DNA of 64,000 nt from Escherichia coli (GTDB lineage Bacteria > Pseudomonadota > Gammaproteobacteria > Enterobacterales > Enterobacteriaceae): NCBI RefSeq assembly GCF_003991155.1, contig NZ_CP031293.1; one strand, given 5' to 3'. Position 1 is the stretch's first letter. Every line of letters begins with the position of its first letter. The translations under genes and the position numbers were made by a program. Of this stretch, positions 1-19,254 are shown piece by piece. The notes beneath the pieces were generated by a model that did not search any database, had not been told where the DNA came from, and was given only the letters and a program-made list of their open reading frames with translations.

Positions 1-315
1 ATGCCAGTAGGCGCGCGGACGAAAGTAAACCCACTGGTGATACCATTCGCGAGCCTCCGGATGACGACCGTAGTGATGAATCTCTCCTGGCGGGAACAGC
101 AAAATATCACCCGGTCGGCAGACAAATTCTCGTCCCTGATTTTTCACCACCCCCTGGCCGCGTATGGTGAGATTGAGAATATAACCCTTCATTCCCAGTG
201 GTCGGTCGATAAAAAAATCGAGATAACCGTTGGCCTCAATCGGCGTTAAACCCGCCACCAGATGGGCGTTAAACGAGTATCCCGGCAGCAGGGGATCATT
301 TTGCGCTTCAGCCAT
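1..315 (-). CDS. araC: AraC arabinose operon regulator, N-terminal 105 codons; C-terminal part lies beyond the window edge
   Basis: Reverse complement of 301-315 reads ATG GCT GAA GCG CAA (MAEAQ), continuing [17 protein letters not shown]; divergent from araB; not in the ORF track because no stop lies in the window. Confidence 0.9.
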
Positions 316-2354
<2,039 letters not shown>

Positions 2355-2364
2355 GGACACGACA

Positions 2365-3867
2365 ATGACGATTTTTGATAATTATGAAGTGTGGTTTGTA
2401 ATTGGCAGCCAGCATCTGTATGGCCCGGAAACCCTGCGTCAGGTGACGCAACATGCGGAACACGTTGTTAATGCACTGAATACAGAAGCGAAGTTGCCCT
2501 GCAAACTGGTGCTGAAACCGCTGGGCACCACGCCGGATGAAATCACCGCTATTTGCCGCGACGCGAATTACGACGATCGTTGCGCTGGTCTGGTGGTGTG
2601 GCTGCACACCTTCTCCCCGGCCAAAATGTGGATCAACGGCCTGACCATGCTCAACAAACCGTTGCTGCAATTCCACACCCAGTTCAACGCGGCGCTGCCG
2701 TGGGACAGCATCGACATGGACTTTATGAACCTGAACCAGACCGCGCATGGCGGTCGCGAGTTCGGCTTCATCGGCGCGCGTATGCGTCAGCAACATGCCG
2801 TCGTTACCGGTCACTGGCAGGATAAACAAGCCCATGAGCGTATCGGCTCCTGGATGCGTCAGGCGGTCTCTAAACAGGATACCCGTCATCTGAAAGTCTG
2901 CCGTTTTGGCGATAACATGCGTGAAGTGGCGGTCACCGATGGCGATAAAGTTGCCGCACAGATCAAGTTCGGTTTCTCCGTCAATACCTGGGCGGTTGGC
3001 GATCTGGTGCAGGTAGTGAACTCCATCAGCGATGGCGATGTTAACGCGCTGGTCGATGAGTACGAAAGCTGCTACACCATGACGCCTGCGACACAAATCC
3101 ACGGCGAAAAACGACAGAACGTGCTGGAAGCGGCGCGTATTGAGCTGGGGATGAAGCGTTTCCTGGAACAAGGTGGCTTCCACGCGTTCACCACCACCTT
3201 TGAAGATTTGCACGGCCTGAAACAGCTTCCTGGTCTGGCCGTACAGCGTCTGATGCAGCAGGGTTACGGCTTTGCGGGCGAAGGCGACTGGAAAACTGCC
3301 GCCCTGCTTCGCATCATGAAGGTGATGTCAACCGGTCTGCAGGGCGGCACCTCCTTTATGGAGGACTACACCTATCACTTCGAGAAAGGCAATGACCTGG
3401 TGCTCGGCTCCCATATGCTGGAAGTCTGCCCGTCGATCGCCGCAGAAGAGAAACCGATCCTCGACGTTCAGCATCTCGGTATTGGCGGTAAAGACGATCC
3501 TGCCCGCCTGATCTTCAACACTCAAACCGGTCCAGCCATTGTCGCCAGCCTGATTGATCTCGGCGATCGTTACCGTCTGCTGGTTAACTGCATCGACACG
3601 GTGAAAACACCGCACTCCCTGCCGAAACTGCCGGTGGCGAATGCGCTGTGGAAAGCGCAACCGGATCTGCCAACTGCTTCCGAAGCGTGGATCCTCGCTG
3701 GTGGCGCGCACCATACCGTTTTCAGCCATGCGCTGAACCTCAACGATATGCGCCAGTTCGCCGAGATGCACGACATTGAAATCACGGTGATTGATAACGA
3801 CACCCGCCTGCCAGCGTTTAAAGACGCGCTGCGCTGGAACGAAGTGTATTACGGGTTTCGTCGCTAA
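2365..3867 (+). CDS. araA: L-arabinose isomerase
   Basis: 500-aa ORF beginning [24 protein letters not shown]; 10 bp after araB. Confidence 0.97.
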   Translation: MTIFDNYEVWFVIGSQHLYGPETLRQVTQHAEHVVNALNTEAKLPCKLVLKPLGTTPDEITAICRDANYDDRCAGLVVWLHTFSPAKMWINGLTMLNKPLLQFHTQFNAALPWDSIDMDFMNLNQTAHGGREFGFIGARMRQQHAVVTGHWQDKQAHERIGSWMRQAVSKQDTRHLKVCRFGDNMREVAVTDGDKVAAQIKFGFSVNTWAVGDLVQVVNSISDGDVNALVDEYESCYTMTPATQIHGEKRQNVLEAARIELGMKRFLEQGGFHAFTTTFEDLHGLKQLPGLAVQRLMQQGYGFAGEGDWKTAALLRIMKVMSTGLQGGTSFMEDYTYHFEKGNDLVLGSHMLEVCPSIAAEEKPILDVQHLGIGGKDDPARLIFNTQTGPAIVASLIDLGDRYRLLVNCIDTVKTPHSLPKLPVANALWKAQPDLPTASEAWILAGGAHHTVFSHALNLNDMRQFAEMHDIEITVIDNDTRLPAFKDALRWNEVYYGFRR

Positions 3868-3869
3868 GT

Positions 3870-3975
3870 AGCCGCATCAGGTGTGTAACGCCTGATGCGA
3901 CGCTGACGCGTCTTATCAGGCCTACACGCTGTGATTTTGTAGGCCGGATAAGCAAAGCGCATCCGGCATTGTTTT
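3870..3975. repeat. REP/BIME palindromic units between araA and araD
   Basis: GCCTGATGCGACGCTGACGCGTCTTATCAGGCCTAC followed by the inverted copy GTAGGCCGGATAAGC...GCATCCGGCA. Confidence 0.85.
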
Positions 3976-4035
3976 CCCCCTCGCCCCTCTGGGGAGAGGG
4001 CCGGGGTGAGGGGAAACGACCTCTCAGGAGTCAAC

Positions 4036-4731
4036 ATGTTAGAAGATCTCAAACGCCAGGTATTAGAAGCCAATTTGGCGCTGCCAAAACATAACCTGGT
4101 CACGCTCACATGGGGCAACGTCAGCGCCGTTGATCGCGAGCGCGGCGTCTTGGTGATCAAACCTTCCGGCGTCGATTACAACGTCATGACCGCTGACGAT
4201 ATGGTCGTGGTCAGCATCGAAACCGGTGAAGTGGTTGAAGGAACGAAAAAGCCCTCCTCCGACACGCCAACTCACCGGCTGCTCTATCAGGCATTCCCGT
4301 CCATTGGCGGCATTGTGCACACACACTCGCGCCACGCCACCATCTGGGCGCAGGCGGGTCAGTCGATTCCAGCAACCGGTACCACCCACGCCGACTATTT
4401 CTACGGCACCATTCCCTGCACCCGCAAAATGACCGACGCAGAAATCAACGGTGAATATGAGTGGGAAACCGGTAACGTCATCGTAGAAACCTTCGAAAAA
4501 CAGGGTATCGATGCGGCGCAAATGCCCGGCGTCCTGGTCCATTCTCACGGCCCATTTGCATGGGGCAAAAATGCCGAAGATGCAGTGCATAACGCCATCG
4601 TGCTGGAAGAGGTCGCTTATATGGGGATATTCTGCCGTCAGTTAGCGCCGCAGTTACCGGATATGCAGCAAACGCTGCTGGATAAACACTATCTGCGTAA
4701 GCATGGTGCGAAGGCATATTACGGGCAGTAA
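4036..4731 (+). CDS. araD: L-ribulose-5-phosphate 4-epimerase
   Basis: ORF-track frame 4006-4731; start placed at the internal Met of [32 protein letters not shown], giving 231 aa; class II aldolase/adducin family. Confidence 0.93.
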   Translation: MLEDLKRQVLEANLALPKHNLVTLTWGNVSAVDRERGVLVIKPSGVDYNVMTADDMVVVSIETGEVVEGTKKPSSDTPTHRLLYQAFPSIGGIVHTHSRHATIWAQAGQSIPATGTTHADYFYGTIPCTRKMTDAEINGEYEWETGNVIVETFEKQGIDAAQMPGVLVHSHGPFAWGKNAEDAVHNAIVLEEVAYMGIFCRQLAPQLPDMQQTLLDKHYLRKHGAKAYYGQ

Positions 4732-4734
4732 TGA

Positions 4735-4750
4735 CTGTATAAAACCACAG
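4735..4750. promoter_or_regulatory. LexA (SOS) box upstream of polB
   Basis: CTGTATAAAACCACAG fits CTG-N10-CAG, about 55 bp upstream of the polB start. Confidence 0.8.
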
Positions 4751-4761
4751 CCAATCAAACG

Positions 4762-4791
4762 AAACCAGGCTATAATCAAGCCTGGTTTTTT
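4762..4791 (+). terminator. Rho-independent terminator after araD
   Basis: AAACCAGGC / TATAATCAA / GCCTGGTTT hairpin followed by a T6 run. Confidence 0.75.
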
Positions 4792-4805
4792 GATGGAATT
4801 ACAGC

Positions 4806-7157
4806 GTGGCGCAGGCAGGTTTTATCTTAACCCGACACTGGCGGGATACCCCGCAAGGAACCGAAGTTTCCTTTTGGTTAGCGACGGACAACGGGCCGTT
4901 GCAGGTTACGCTTGCGCCGCAAGAGTCCGTGGCGTTTATTCCCGCCGATCAGGTTCCCCGCACCCAGCATATTTTGCAGGGTGAGCAAGGCTTTCGCCTG
5001 ACGCCGCTGGCGTTAAAGGATTTTCATCGCCAGCCGGTGTATGGCCTTTACTGTCGCGCCCATCGCCAGTTGATGAATTACGAAAAGCGCCTGCGTGAAG
5101 GTGGCGTTACCGTCTACGAGGCCGATGTGCGCCCGCCAGAACGCTATCTGATGGAGCGGTTTATCACCTCACCGGTGTGGGTCGAGGGTGATATACGCAA
5201 TGGCGCTATCGTTAATGCCCGTCTGAAACCGCATCCCGACTATCGTCCGCCGCTCAGGTGGGTTTCTATTGATATTGAAACCACCCGCCACGGTGAGCTG
5301 TACTGCATCGGCCTGGAAGGTTGCGGGCAGCGTATCGTTTATATGCTGGGGCCAGAGAATGGCGACGCCTCCGCGCTCGATTTTGAACTGGAATACGTCG
5401 CCAGTCGCCCGCAGCTACTGGAAAAACTCAACGCCTGGTTTGCGACTCACGATCCTGATGTGATCATCGGCTGGAACGTGGTGCAATTCGATCTACGAAT
5501 GCTGCAAAAACATGCCGAGCGTTATCGTATTCCGCTGCGGCTGGGGCGCGATAACAGTGAGCTGGAGTGGCGCGAGCACGGCTTTAAAAACGGCGTCTTT
5601 TTTGCCCAGGCCAAAGGGCGACTGATTATCGACGGTATCGAGGCGCTGAAATCCGCGTTCTGGAATTTCTCTTCATTCTCGCTGGAAACCGTCGCTCAGG
5701 AGCTATTAGGCGAAGGAAAATCTATCGATAACCCGTGGGATCGGATGGACGAAATTGACCGCCGTTTCGCCGAAGATAAACCTGCGCTGGCAACTTATAA
5801 CCTGAAAGATTGCGAGCTGGTCACCCAGATCTTCCACAAAACTGAAATCATGCCGTTTTTACTCGAACGAGCGACGGTTAACGGCCTGCCGGTAGACCGC
5901 CACGGCGGTTCGGTGGCAGCGTTTGGTCATCTCTATTTTCCCCGTATGCATCGCGCTGGTTATGTCGCGCCTAATCTCGGCGAAGTGCCGCCGCACGCCA
6001 GCCCTGGCGGCTACGTGATGGATTCGCGACCTGGGCTTTATGATTCGGTGCTGGTGCTGGACTACAAAAGCCTGTACCCGTCGATCATCCGCACCTTTCT
6101 GATTGATCCCGTCGGGCTGGTGGAAGGCATGGCGCAGCCTGATCCAGAGCACAGCACCGAAGGTTTTCTCGACGCCTGGTTCTCACGGGAGAAACATTGC
6201 CTGCCGGAGATTGTGACTAACATCTGGCACGGGCGCGATGAAGCCAAACGTCAGGGTAATAAGCCGCTTTCGCAGGCGCTGAAGATCATTATGAATGCCT
6301 TTTATGGCGTGCTTGGCACCACCGCCTGCCGCTTCTTCGATCCGCGCCTGGCGTCGTCGATCACCATGCGTGGTCATCAGATCATGCGGCAAACCAAAGC
6401 GTTGATTGAAGCGCAGGGCTACGACGTGATCTACGGCGATACCGACTCAACGTTTGTCTGGCTGAAAGGCGCACATTCGGAAGAAGAAGCGGCGAAAATC
6501 GGTCGTGCACTGGTGCAGCACGTTAACACCTGGTGGGCAGAAACGTTGCAACAGCAACGGCTGACCAGCGCATTAGAACTGGAGTATGAAACCCATTTCT
6601 GCCGTTTTCTGATGCCAACCATTCGTGGAGCCGATACGGGCAGCAAAAAGCGCTATGCCGGGCTGATTCAGGAGGGCGATAAACAGCGGATGGTGTTTAA
6701 AGGGCTGGAAACCGTGCGCACCGACTGGACGCCGCTGGCCCAGCAGTTTCAGCAGGAGCTGTACCTGCGTATCTTCCGCAACGAGCCATATCAGGAGTAC
6801 GTCCGCGAAACCATCGACAAACTGATGGCGGGCGAACTGGATGCGCGGCTGGTTTACCGTAAACGCCTTCGCCGTCCGCTGAGCGAATATCAGCGTAATG
6901 TGCCGCCTCATGTACGCGCCGCTCGCCTTGCCGATGAAGAAAACCATAAGCGCGGTCGCCCCTTGCAATATCAGAACCGCGGCACCATTAAGTACGTATG
7001 GACCACCAACGGCCCGGAGCCGCTGGACTACCAACGTTCACCACTGGATTACGAACACTATCTGACCCGCCAGCTACAACCCGTGGCGGAGGGAATACTC
7101 CCTTTTATTGAGGATAATTTTGCTACACTTATGACCGGGCAACTTGGGCTATTTTGA
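4806..7157 (+). CDS. polB: DNA polymerase II (family B)
   Basis: 783-aa ORF beginning [21 protein letters not shown]; contains the YGDTDS polymerase motif. Confidence 0.96.
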   Translation: MAQAGFILTRHWRDTPQGTEVSFWLATDNGPLQVTLAPQESVAFIPADQVPRTQHILQGEQGFRLTPLALKDFHRQPVYGLYCRAHRQLMNYEKRLREGGVTVYEADVRPPERYLMERFITSPVWVEGDIRNGAIVNARLKPHPDYRPPLRWVSIDIETTRHGELYCIGLEGCGQRIVYMLGPENGDASALDFELEYVASRPQLLEKLNAWFATHDPDVIIGWNVVQFDLRMLQKHAERYRIPLRLGRDNSELEWREHGFKNGVFFAQAKGRLIIDGIEALKSAFWNFSSFSLETVAQELLGEGKSIDNPWDRMDEIDRRFAEDKPALATYNLKDCELVTQIFHKTEIMPFLLERATVNGLPVDRHGGSVAAFGHLYFPRMHRAGYVAPNLGEVPPHASPGGYVMDSRPGLYDSVLVLDYKSLYPSIIRTFLIDPVGLVEGMAQPDPEHSTEGFLDAWFSREKHCLPEIVTNIWHGRDEAKRQGNKPLSQALKIIMNAFYGVLGTTACRFFDPRLASSITMRGHQIMRQTKALIEAQGYDVIYGDTDSTFVWLKGAHSEEEAAKIGRALVQHVNTWWAETLQQQRLTSALELEYETHFCRFLMPTIRGADTGSKKRYAGLIQEGDKQRMVFKGLETVRTDWTPLAQQFQQELYLRIFRNEPYQEYVRETIDKLMAGELDARLVYRKRLRRPLSEYQRNVPPHVRAARLADEENHKRGRPLQYQNRGTIKYVWTTNGPEPLDYQRSPLDYEHYLTRQLQPVAEGILPFIEDNFATLMTGQLGLF

Positions 7158-7320
7158 ACAAAAAAAGAGTTCGCCAGATACCATTTTGATGCGTGACGAA
7201 TGCTTTGCCATCCAGTACCATAGCGCCCTTTCCATTCCTGGACCTGAATAACACCACTACCTCATAAGCACGGTAGCGGGTGGTTATTGCCTGCAATTAA
7301 AGATATAGAGCCGAACACAT

Positions 7321-10227
7321 ATGCCTTTTACACTTGGTCAACGCTGGATCAGCGATACAGAAAGCGAATTGGGACTTGGAACCGTTGTCGCGGTGGATGC
7401 GCGAACTGTCACTTTACTTTTCCCATCTACTGGTGAAAACCGTCTGTACGCACGCAGTGATTCCCCCGTGACCCGCGTGATGTTCAACCCTGGTGATACC
7501 ATTACCAGCCATGACGGCTGGCAGATGCAAGTCGAAGAAGTAAAAGAAGAAAATGGCTTGCTGACCTATATCGGTACTCGCCTGGATACTGAAGAGTCCG
7601 GCGTAGCCCTGCGTGAAGTTTTCCTTGATAGCAAACTGGTGTTCAGCAAACCGCAGGACCGTCTGTTTGCCGGGCAGATTGACCGTATGGACCGCTTTGC
7701 GCTGCGTTATCGCGCGCGTAAGTATTCCAGCGAACAGTTCCGTATGCCGTACAGCGGCCTGCGCGGTCAGCGTACCAGCCTGATCCCCCATCAGCTCAAC
7801 ATCGCTCATGATGTTGGTCGCCGCCACGCGCCGCGCGTCCTGTTGGCTGACGAAGTGGGTTTAGGGAAAACCATTGAAGCCGGGATGATCCTGCATCAGC
7901 AACTGCTCTCTGGCGCTGCTGAACGTGTGCTGATTATCGTCCCGGAAACCTTACAGCATCAGTGGCTGGTAGAAATGCTGCGCCGTTTCAACCTGCGCTT
8001 TGCTCTGTTTGATGATGAGCGTTATGCCGAAGCTCAGCACGATGCTTACAACCCGTTCGACACCGAACAGCTGGTGATTTGCTCGCTGGATTTTGCCCGT
8101 CGTAGCAAACAGCGTCTGGAACATCTCTGTGAAGCCGAATGGGACCTGCTGGTGGTCGATGAAGCCCATCACCTGGTGTGGAGCGAAGATGCGCCGAGCC
8201 GCGAATATCAGGCCATTGAACAACTGGCAGAGCACGTGCCGGGCGTTCTGCTGCTGACCGCAACCCCGGAACAACTGGGGATGGAAAGCCACTTCGCCCG
8301 TCTGCGTCTGCTGGACCCGAACCGTTTCCACGATTTTGCGCAATTCGTTGAAGAGCAGAAAAATTATCGTCCGGTTGCGGACGCCGTTGCCATGCTGCTG
8401 GCAGGTAACAAACTGAGCAATGATGAACTGAACATGCTCGGTGAGATGATCGGCGAGCAGGATATCGAGCCGCTGTTGCAAGCAGCAAACAGCGACAGCG
8501 AAGATGCACAGAGCGCCCGTCAGGAGCTGGTTTCGATGCTGATGGATCGCCACGGCACCAGCCGCGTGCTGTTCCGTAACACGCGTAACGGTGTGAAAGG
8601 CTTCCCGAAACGCGAGCTGCACACCATTAAGCTGCCGCTGCCGACACAGTATCAGACGGCTATTAAAGTCTCCGGCATTATGGGCGCACGCAAAAGTGCG
8701 GAAGACCGCGCTCGCGATATGCTCTACCCGGAGCGTATTTATCAGGAATTTGAAGGTGATAACGCCACCTGGTGGAACTTCGATCCGCGCGTTGAGTGGC
8801 TGATGGGCTACCTGACCAGCCATCGCTCTCAGAAAGTGCTGGTGATCTGTGCCAAAGCTGCCACTGCGCTGCAACTGGAGCAGGTACTGCGCGAACGTGA
8901 AGGTATTCGCGCCGCGGTGTTCCACGAAGGCATGTCGATAATCGAACGTGACCGCGCTGCCGCCTGGTTTGCTGAAGAAGACACCGGTGCGCAGGTACTG
9001 CTGTGCTCGGAAATCGGTTCTGAAGGACGTAACTTCCAGTTCGCCAGCCACATGGTGATGTTTGACCTGCCATTCAACCCGGATCTGCTGGAGCAGCGTA
9101 TTGGGCGTCTGGATCGTATCGGCCAGGCGCACGATATTCAGATCCATGTGCCTTATCTGGAGAAAACTGCTCAGTCGGTGCTGGTGCGCTGGTATCACGA
9201 AGGTCTGGATGCATTCGAGCACACCTGCCCGACCGGACGCACTATTTACGATAGCGTATACAACGATCTGATTAACTATCTGGCTTCACCGGATCAAACC
9301 GAAGGCTTTGACGATCTGATCAAAAACTGCCGTGAGCAACATGAAGCGCTGAAAGCACAGCTGGAACAGGGTCGTGACCGCCTGCTGGAAATCCATTCCA
9401 ACGGTGGCGAAAAAGCCCAGGCACTGGCAGAAAGCATTGAAGAGCAGGATGACGATACCAACCTGATCGCCTTCGCCATGAATCTGTTCGATATTATCGG
9501 TATCAATCAGGACGATCGCGGCGACAACATGATCGTACTGACGCCGTCCGATCATATGCTGGTGCCGGACTTCCCTGGCTTGTCGGAAGATGGCATCACC
9601 ATCACCTTTGATCGTGAAGTGGCGCTGGCGCGTGAAGATGCGCAGTTTATTACCTGGGAACATCCGCTGATCCGCAACGGTCTGGATCTGATCCTTTCTG
9701 GCGATACCGGTAGCAGCACGATTTCACTGTTGAAAAACAAAGCGTTGCCGGTAGGTACGCTGTTGGTGGAACTGATTTACGTGGTCGAAGCCCAGGCTCC
9801 GAAGCAGTTGCAGCTCAACCGCTTCCTGCCACCGACGCCGGTACGTATGCTGCTGGATAAAAACGGCAACAACCTGGCGGCGCAGGTGGAGTTTGAAACC
9901 TTTAACCGTCAGCTTAACGCGGTTAACCGTCACACCGGCAGCAAACTGGTTAACGCCGTGCAGCAGGATGTTCACGCTATCCTTCAGCTGGGTGAAGCAC
10001 AGATCGAGAAATCTGCCCGTGCACTGATTGATGCCGCACGTAACGAAGCCGACGAAAAACTGTCTGCCGAGCTGTCTCGTCTGGAAGCTCTGCGTGCAGT
10101 GAACCCGAACATTCGTGACGACGAACTGACCGCCATTGAGAGCAACCGTCAGCAGGTAATGGAAAGCCTGGATCAGGCAGGCTGGCGTCTGGATGCCCTG
10201 CGTTTGATCGTTGTAACGCATCAGTAA
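7321..10227 (+). CDS. rapA: RNA polymerase-associated Swi2/Snf2 ATPase RapA (HepA)
   Basis: 968-aa ORF beginning [25 protein letters not shown]; Walker A LGKT and DEAH box. Confidence 0.96.
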
Positions 10228-10238
10228 CGGAGCCGAAA

Positions 10239-10898
10239 ATGGGGATGGAAAACTACAATCCACCGCAGGAACCCTGGTTGGTTATCCTGTATCAGGATGA
10301 CCATATTATGGTGGTCAACAAGCCGAGCGGTTTGTTGTCTGTGCCGGGTCGTCTGGAAGAGCACAAAGACAGCGTGATGACGCGCATTCAGCGTGATTAT
10401 CCGCAGGCAGAATCGGTGCATCGTCTGGATATGGCTACCAGCGGCGTGATTGTAGTGGCGCTGACCAAAGCCGCGGAGCGGGAGTTAAAACGCCAGTTCC
10501 GCGAGCGCGAGCCGAAAAAGCAGTATGTGGCCCGCGTCTGGGGGCATCCATCCCCTGCGGAAGGTCTGGTAGATCTGCCGCTGATTTGCGACTGGCCAAA
10601 CCGCCCGAAACAGAAAGTCTGTTACGAAACAGGTAAACCTGCGCAGACGGAATATGAAGTGGTGGAGTATGCGGCGGATAACACGGCAAGAGTGGTGTTA
10701 AAACCGATTACCGGGCGTTCGCATCAGTTGCGTGTGCATATGCTGGCGCTGGGTCATCCGATTCTCGGCGATCGTTTTTATGCATCACCAGAAGCGAGAG
10801 CAATGGCACCGCGTTTGTTGCTACATGCAGAGATGTTGACGATTACCCATCCGGCATATGGCAATAGTATGACGTTTAAAGCACCAGCGGATTTTTAA
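10239..10898 (+). CDS. rluA: Pseudouridine synthase RluA (23S U746 / tRNA U32)
   Basis: 219-aa ORF with the HRLD catalytic motif; immediately downstream of rapA. Confidence 0.95.
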   Translation: MGMENYNPPQEPWLVILYQDDHIMVVNKPSGLLSVPGRLEEHKDSVMTRIQRDYPQAESVHRLDMATSGVIVVALTKAAERELKRQFREREPKKQYVARVWGHPSPAEGLVDLPLICDWPNRPKQKVCYETGKPAQTEYEVVEYAADNTARVVLKPITGRSHQLRVHMLALGHPILGDRFYASPEARAMAPRLLLHAEMLTITHPAYGNSMTFKAPADF

Positions 10899-10921
10899 TA
10901 GTCACGCTGGCGAAGTTCGAT

Positions 10922-12196
<1,275 letters not shown>

Positions 12197-12225
12197 CAAC
12201 AGCGCCTGACGGCGCTGTGTCTGGC

Positions 12226-12288
<63 letters not shown>

Positions 12289-12294
12289 TGAAAC

Positions 12295-13110
12295 TTATTT
12301 AAACCCTTTCTGCTGTTTTATCAGCTCATAGGCCTGCTGAATTTCCTGCGCTTTCTGCTTCGCCATCTCCATCATCTCTGGCGGTAAACCTTTCGCCACC
12401 AACTTATCGGGATGGTGTTCACTCATCAGCTTACGGTAGGCACGTTTGATGGTGGTCGCATCATCCGTCGGCTTCACGCCCAGCACATTACAGGCATCTT
12501 CCAGCGTCGGGCCACGCTGGGTTTGTTGCCAGTTACCACCGCCAGATTGCTGCTGATAACCGCCGCCAAACTGCGCCCCGCCCTGCATCATGCGCAAAAA
12601 CTGGTCAAACTGGGCGCGGGAGATGCCTAACTCTTCGGCAATGACATACAGCACCGCCCGTTCATTCGGGTGCAGTGAACCATCAGCAAACGCCGCCTGA
12701 ATCTGGATCTCCAGAAACATACGAATTAAGTCAAAACGACCAAAGCAAACACTGCGAAACTGGCGCATCTTTTCGCGCAGCGGGTAATTGTCTGATTTTC
12801 CCACCCGGAACGCGTTTTGCGCCGCAGTACGGGAAGCGCCATGCAGGTTCATTCGGTCCATCAACTGGCTGGCGATATGAATATCAGCCTCCGTGACGCG
12901 ACCTTTGGATTTGGTTAAATGCCCCATCACTTCAAAAGTGGTGGCAAAAAACAGCGCCTGACGCTCACGCTGGTTGGCGAACCACGCCATTTTACGGCTA
13001 CGGGCTTTATCAAACATATGGCCAATTAACAGGCCTAACACTACGCCCCAAAAGCCGCCGCCCATCAGTAAGGCCACGGCCACGCCAATGATTTTTCCCC
13101 AATACTGCAT
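12295..13110 (-). CDS. djlA: DnaJ-like co-chaperone DjlA (inner membrane)
   Basis: ORF-track frame 12295-13155; start placed at [22 protein letters not shown], giving 271 aa; C-terminal J domain with HPD. Confidence 0.93.
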   Translation of the reverse strand: MQYWGKIIGVAVALLMGGGFWGVVLGLLIGHMFDKARSRKMAWFANQRERQALFFATTFEVMGHLTKSKGRVTEADIHIASQLMDRMNLHGASRTAAQNAFRVGKSDNYPLREKMRQFRSVCFGRFDLIRMFLEIQIQAAFADGSLHPNERAVLYVIAEELGISRAQFDQFLRMMQGGAQFGGGYQQQSGGGNWQQTQRGPTLEDACNVLGVKPTDDATTIKRAYRKLMSEHHPDKLVAKGLPPEMMEMAKQKAQEIQQAYELIKQQKGFK

Positions 13111-13364
13111 ATATTCCCCAAATCGACACACGGATATCAGGGCTATCTCCCACAATATAAAGGTGCTTTTACCGTTTTCCGGCTGCGGTCAATTGTGGGA
13201 CATCGCCTATAATTTGCATTATCATACCTGTCATTCAATGCCGTGCCTAACACCACTGACGCTATTCGGACAGGATTAACACTAGCGTAGAGATGACGAG
13301 TACGTTAGTCTCTGACCGTTTGTCACGCGCAACGTTACCGATGATGGAACAATAAAATCAACGT

Positions 13365-15722
13365 ATGAAAAAACGTATCCCCACTCTCCTGGCCACCATG
13401 ATTGCCACCGCCCTTTATAGTCAACAGGGACTGGCAGCCGACCTCGCCTCACAGTGCATGTTGGGCGTGCCAAGCTATGACCGTCCTCTGGTACAGGGCG
13501 ATACCAATGACTTACCCGTGACTATCAATGCTGACCACGCGAAAGGGGACTACCCGGATGACGCCGTGTTTACTGGCAGCGTGGATATCATGCAGGGTAA
13601 CAGCCGTCTGCAGGCCGACGAAGTGCAGCTCCATCAAAAAGAGGCACCAGGACAACCGGAGCCGGTACGTACCGTTGATGCGCTCGGTAATGTCCATTAC
13701 GACGATAACCAGGTGATCCTCAAAGGGCCGAAAGGCTGGGCGAATCTGAACACCAAAGATACCAACGTCTGGGAGGGTGATTACCAGATGGTGGGTCGCC
13801 AGGGTCGCGGTAAAGCGGACCTGATGAAACAACGTGGCGAAAACCGCTATACCATTCTGGATAACGGTAGCTTTACCTCCTGTCTGCCGGGTTCTGACAC
13901 CTGGAGCGTGGTAGGTAGCGAAATTATTCATGACCGCGAAGAACAAGTTGCGGAGATCTGGAACGCCCGCTTTAAGGTGGGTCCGGTACCGATCTTTTAT
14001 AGCCCCTATTTGCAGTTGCCGGTGGGTGACAAACGTCGCTCTGGTTTCTTGATCCCGAACGCCAAGTACACCACCACCAACTACTTTGAGTTCTACCTGC
14101 CGTATTACTGGAACATCGCGCCAAATATGGATGCCACCATCACGCCGCATTATATGCATCGTCGTGGCAACATTATGTGGGAAAACGAATTCCGTTATCT
14201 CACCCAGGCGGGCGCAGGCTTGATGGAACTGGACTATCTGCCTTCGGATAAAGTCTATGAAGATGAACATCCAGAAGATAGCAATTCACGCCGTTGGTTG
14301 TTCTACTGGCAACACTCCGGAGTGATGGATCAGGTTTGGCGCTTTAACATCGACTACACCAAAGTCAGCGACCCGACCTATTTCAATGATTTTGATAATA
14401 AATATGGTTCCAGTACCGATGGCTACGCCACGCAAAAATTCAGCGTGGGCTATGCGGTGCAGAACTTTGACGCCACGCTTTCGACTAAACAATTCCAGGT
14501 TTTTGATGATACCAGTGGCAACAGCTATGCCGCTGAACCGCAGTTAGACGTCAACTACTACCATAACGATCTCGGCCCGTTTGATACCCGTGTTTATGGT
14601 CAGGCAGTGCATTTTGTTAATACAAACAGCAATATGCCGGAGGCTACTCGCGTTCATCTGGAGCCGACGATCAACCTGCCGTTATCTAACACCTGGGGCA
14701 GTATCAATACCGAAGCGAAGCTGCTGGCGACCCATTATCAGCAGACCAATCTCGACTGGTATAACAGCAACCCACAAAACAATAAGCTGGCTGATTCTGT
14801 TAACCGCGTAATGCCGCAATTTAAAGTTGACGGCAAAATGGTCTTCGAACGTGATATGGAAATGCTGGCGCCGGGTTATACCCAAACGCTGGAGCCGCGC
14901 GCGCAATACCTGTATGTACCGTATCGCGATCAGAGCGACATCTATAACTACGACTCCTCCTTGCTGCAATCCGATTACTCGGGCCTGTTCCGGGACCGGA
15001 CTTATGGCGGTCTTGACCGTATAGCTTCCGCGAACCAGGTCACGACCGGTATCACAACTCGCGTATATGATGATGCAGCCGTTGAACGTTTTAATATTTC
15101 CGTTGGTCAAATCTACTATTTCACGGAGTCTCGCACTGGCGATGACAACATAACATGGGAGAATGACGACAAAACGGGCTCGCTGGTGTGGGCAGGCGAT
15201 ACTTACTGGCGTATCTCCGAGCGTTGGGGATTGCGTGGCGGGATTCAGTACGATACACGTCTGGATAACGTAGCGACCAGTAACTCCAGCATTGAATACC
15301 GTCGGGATGAAGACCGTCTGGTACAGCTGAATTACCGTTACGCCAGCCCGGAATATATTCAGGCTACGCTGCCTAAGTACTATTCCACAGCTGAGCAATA
15401 TAAGAATGGTATTTCACAGGTAGGTGCCGTCGCCAGCTGGCCAATTGCCGATCGTTGGTCAATTGTTGGGGCCTACTATTACGACACCAATGCGAACAAG
15501 CAAGCCGACTCTATGTTAGGTGTGCAATACAGCTCCTGCTGCTATGCAATTCGCGTCGGTTACGAGCGGAAGCTGAACGGTTGGGATAACGATAAACAAC
15601 ATGCGGTATATGACAACGCAATCGGCTTTAACATCGAACTTCGCGGCCTGAGCTCCAACTACGGTCTGGGTACGCAAGAGATGCTGCGTTCGAACATTCT
15701 GCCGTATCAAAACACTTTGTGA
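13365..15722 (+). CDS. lptD: LPS-assembly outer-membrane protein LptD (Imp/OstA)
   Basis: 785-aa ORF beginning [24 protein letters not shown] (signal peptide). Confidence 0.96.
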   Translation: MKKRIPTLLATMIATALYSQQGLAADLASQCMLGVPSYDRPLVQGDTNDLPVTINADHAKGDYPDDAVFTGSVDIMQGNSRLQADEVQLHQKEAPGQPEPVRTVDALGNVHYDDNQVILKGPKGWANLNTKDTNVWEGDYQMVGRQGRGKADLMKQRGENRYTILDNGSFTSCLPGSDTWSVVGSEIIHDREEQVAEIWNARFKVGPVPIFYSPYLQLPVGDKRRSGFLIPNAKYTTTNYFEFYLPYYWNIAPNMDATITPHYMHRRGNIMWENEFRYLTQAGAGLMELDYLPSDKVYEDEHPEDSNSRRWLFYWQHSGVMDQVWRFNIDYTKVSDPTYFNDFDNKYGSSTDGYATQKFSVGYAVQNFDATLSTKQFQVFDDTSGNSYAAEPQLDVNYYHNDLGPFDTRVYGQAVHFVNTNSNMPEATRVHLEPTINLPLSNTWGSINTEAKLLATHYQQTNLDWYNSNPQNNKLADSVNRVMPQFKVDGKMVFERDMEMLAPGYTQTLEPRAQYLYVPYRDQSDIYNYDSSLLQSDYSGLFRDRTYGGLDRIASANQVTTGITTRVYDDAAVERFNISVGQIYYFTESRTGDDNITWENDDKTGSLVWAGDTYWRISERWGLRGGIQYDTRLDNVATSNSSIEYRRDEDRLVQLNYRYASPEYIQATLPKYYSTAEQYKNGISQVGAVASWPIADRWSIVGAYYYDTNANKQADSMLGVQYSSCCYAIRVGYERKLNGWDNDKQHAVYDNAIGFNIELRGLSSNYGLGTQEMLRSNILPYQNTL

Positions 15723-15774
15723 TTTGTTGATTTACCACGTAATCCGCAGTGCGGTTAATTGAAATGGAAAAAGT

Positions 15775-18868
<3,094 letters not shown>

Positions 18869-18870
18869 CG

Positions 18871-19248
18871 ATGATCAATTCGCCCCGAGTGTGTATTCAG
18901 GTTCAAAGCGTCTACATTGAGGCCCAATCTTCACCTGATAATGAACGTTACGTTTTTGCTTATACCGTAACCATACGCAATCTGGGGCGAGCGCCAGTGC
19001 AGTTGTTGGGGCGTTACTGGCTGATCACCAATGGCAATGGCCGTGAAACCGAAGTCCAGGGCGAAGGAGTGGTTGGCGTCCAGCCACTTATCGCGCCTGG
19101 CGAAGAGTACCAGTACACCAGCGGTGCAATCATTGAAACCCCGCTGGGCACCATGCAGGGTCACTACGAAATGATCGATGAAAATGGCGTCCCTTTCAGC
19201 ATCGACATTCCCGTATTCCGACTCGCCGTTCCCACACTCATTCATTAA
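18871..19248 (+). CDS. apaG: ApaG (DUF525) protein
   Basis: ORF-track frame 18817-19248; start placed at [15 protein letters not shown], giving 125 aa. Confidence 0.92.
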   Translation: MINSPRVCIQVQSVYIEAQSSPDNERYVFAYTVTIRNLGRAPVQLLGRYWLITNGNGRETEVQGEGVVGVQPLIAPGEEYQYTSGAIIETPLGTMQGHYEMIDENGVPFSIDIPVFRLAVPTLIH

Positions 19249-19254
19249 AAGAAT

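Noticed and set aside
1-249. 82-aa plus-strand ORF at the window start
   Set aside because: The opposite strand encodes the recognisable AraC N-terminus ([15 protein letters not shown]…); the plus-strand ORF is a shadow.
7951-9222. 423-aa minus-strand ORF
   Set aside because: Antisense shadow ORF inside rapA.
12974-13279. 101-aa plus-strand ORF overlapping the djlA 5' end
   Set aside because: Overlaps djlA antisense and the lptD upstream region; no coding signal.
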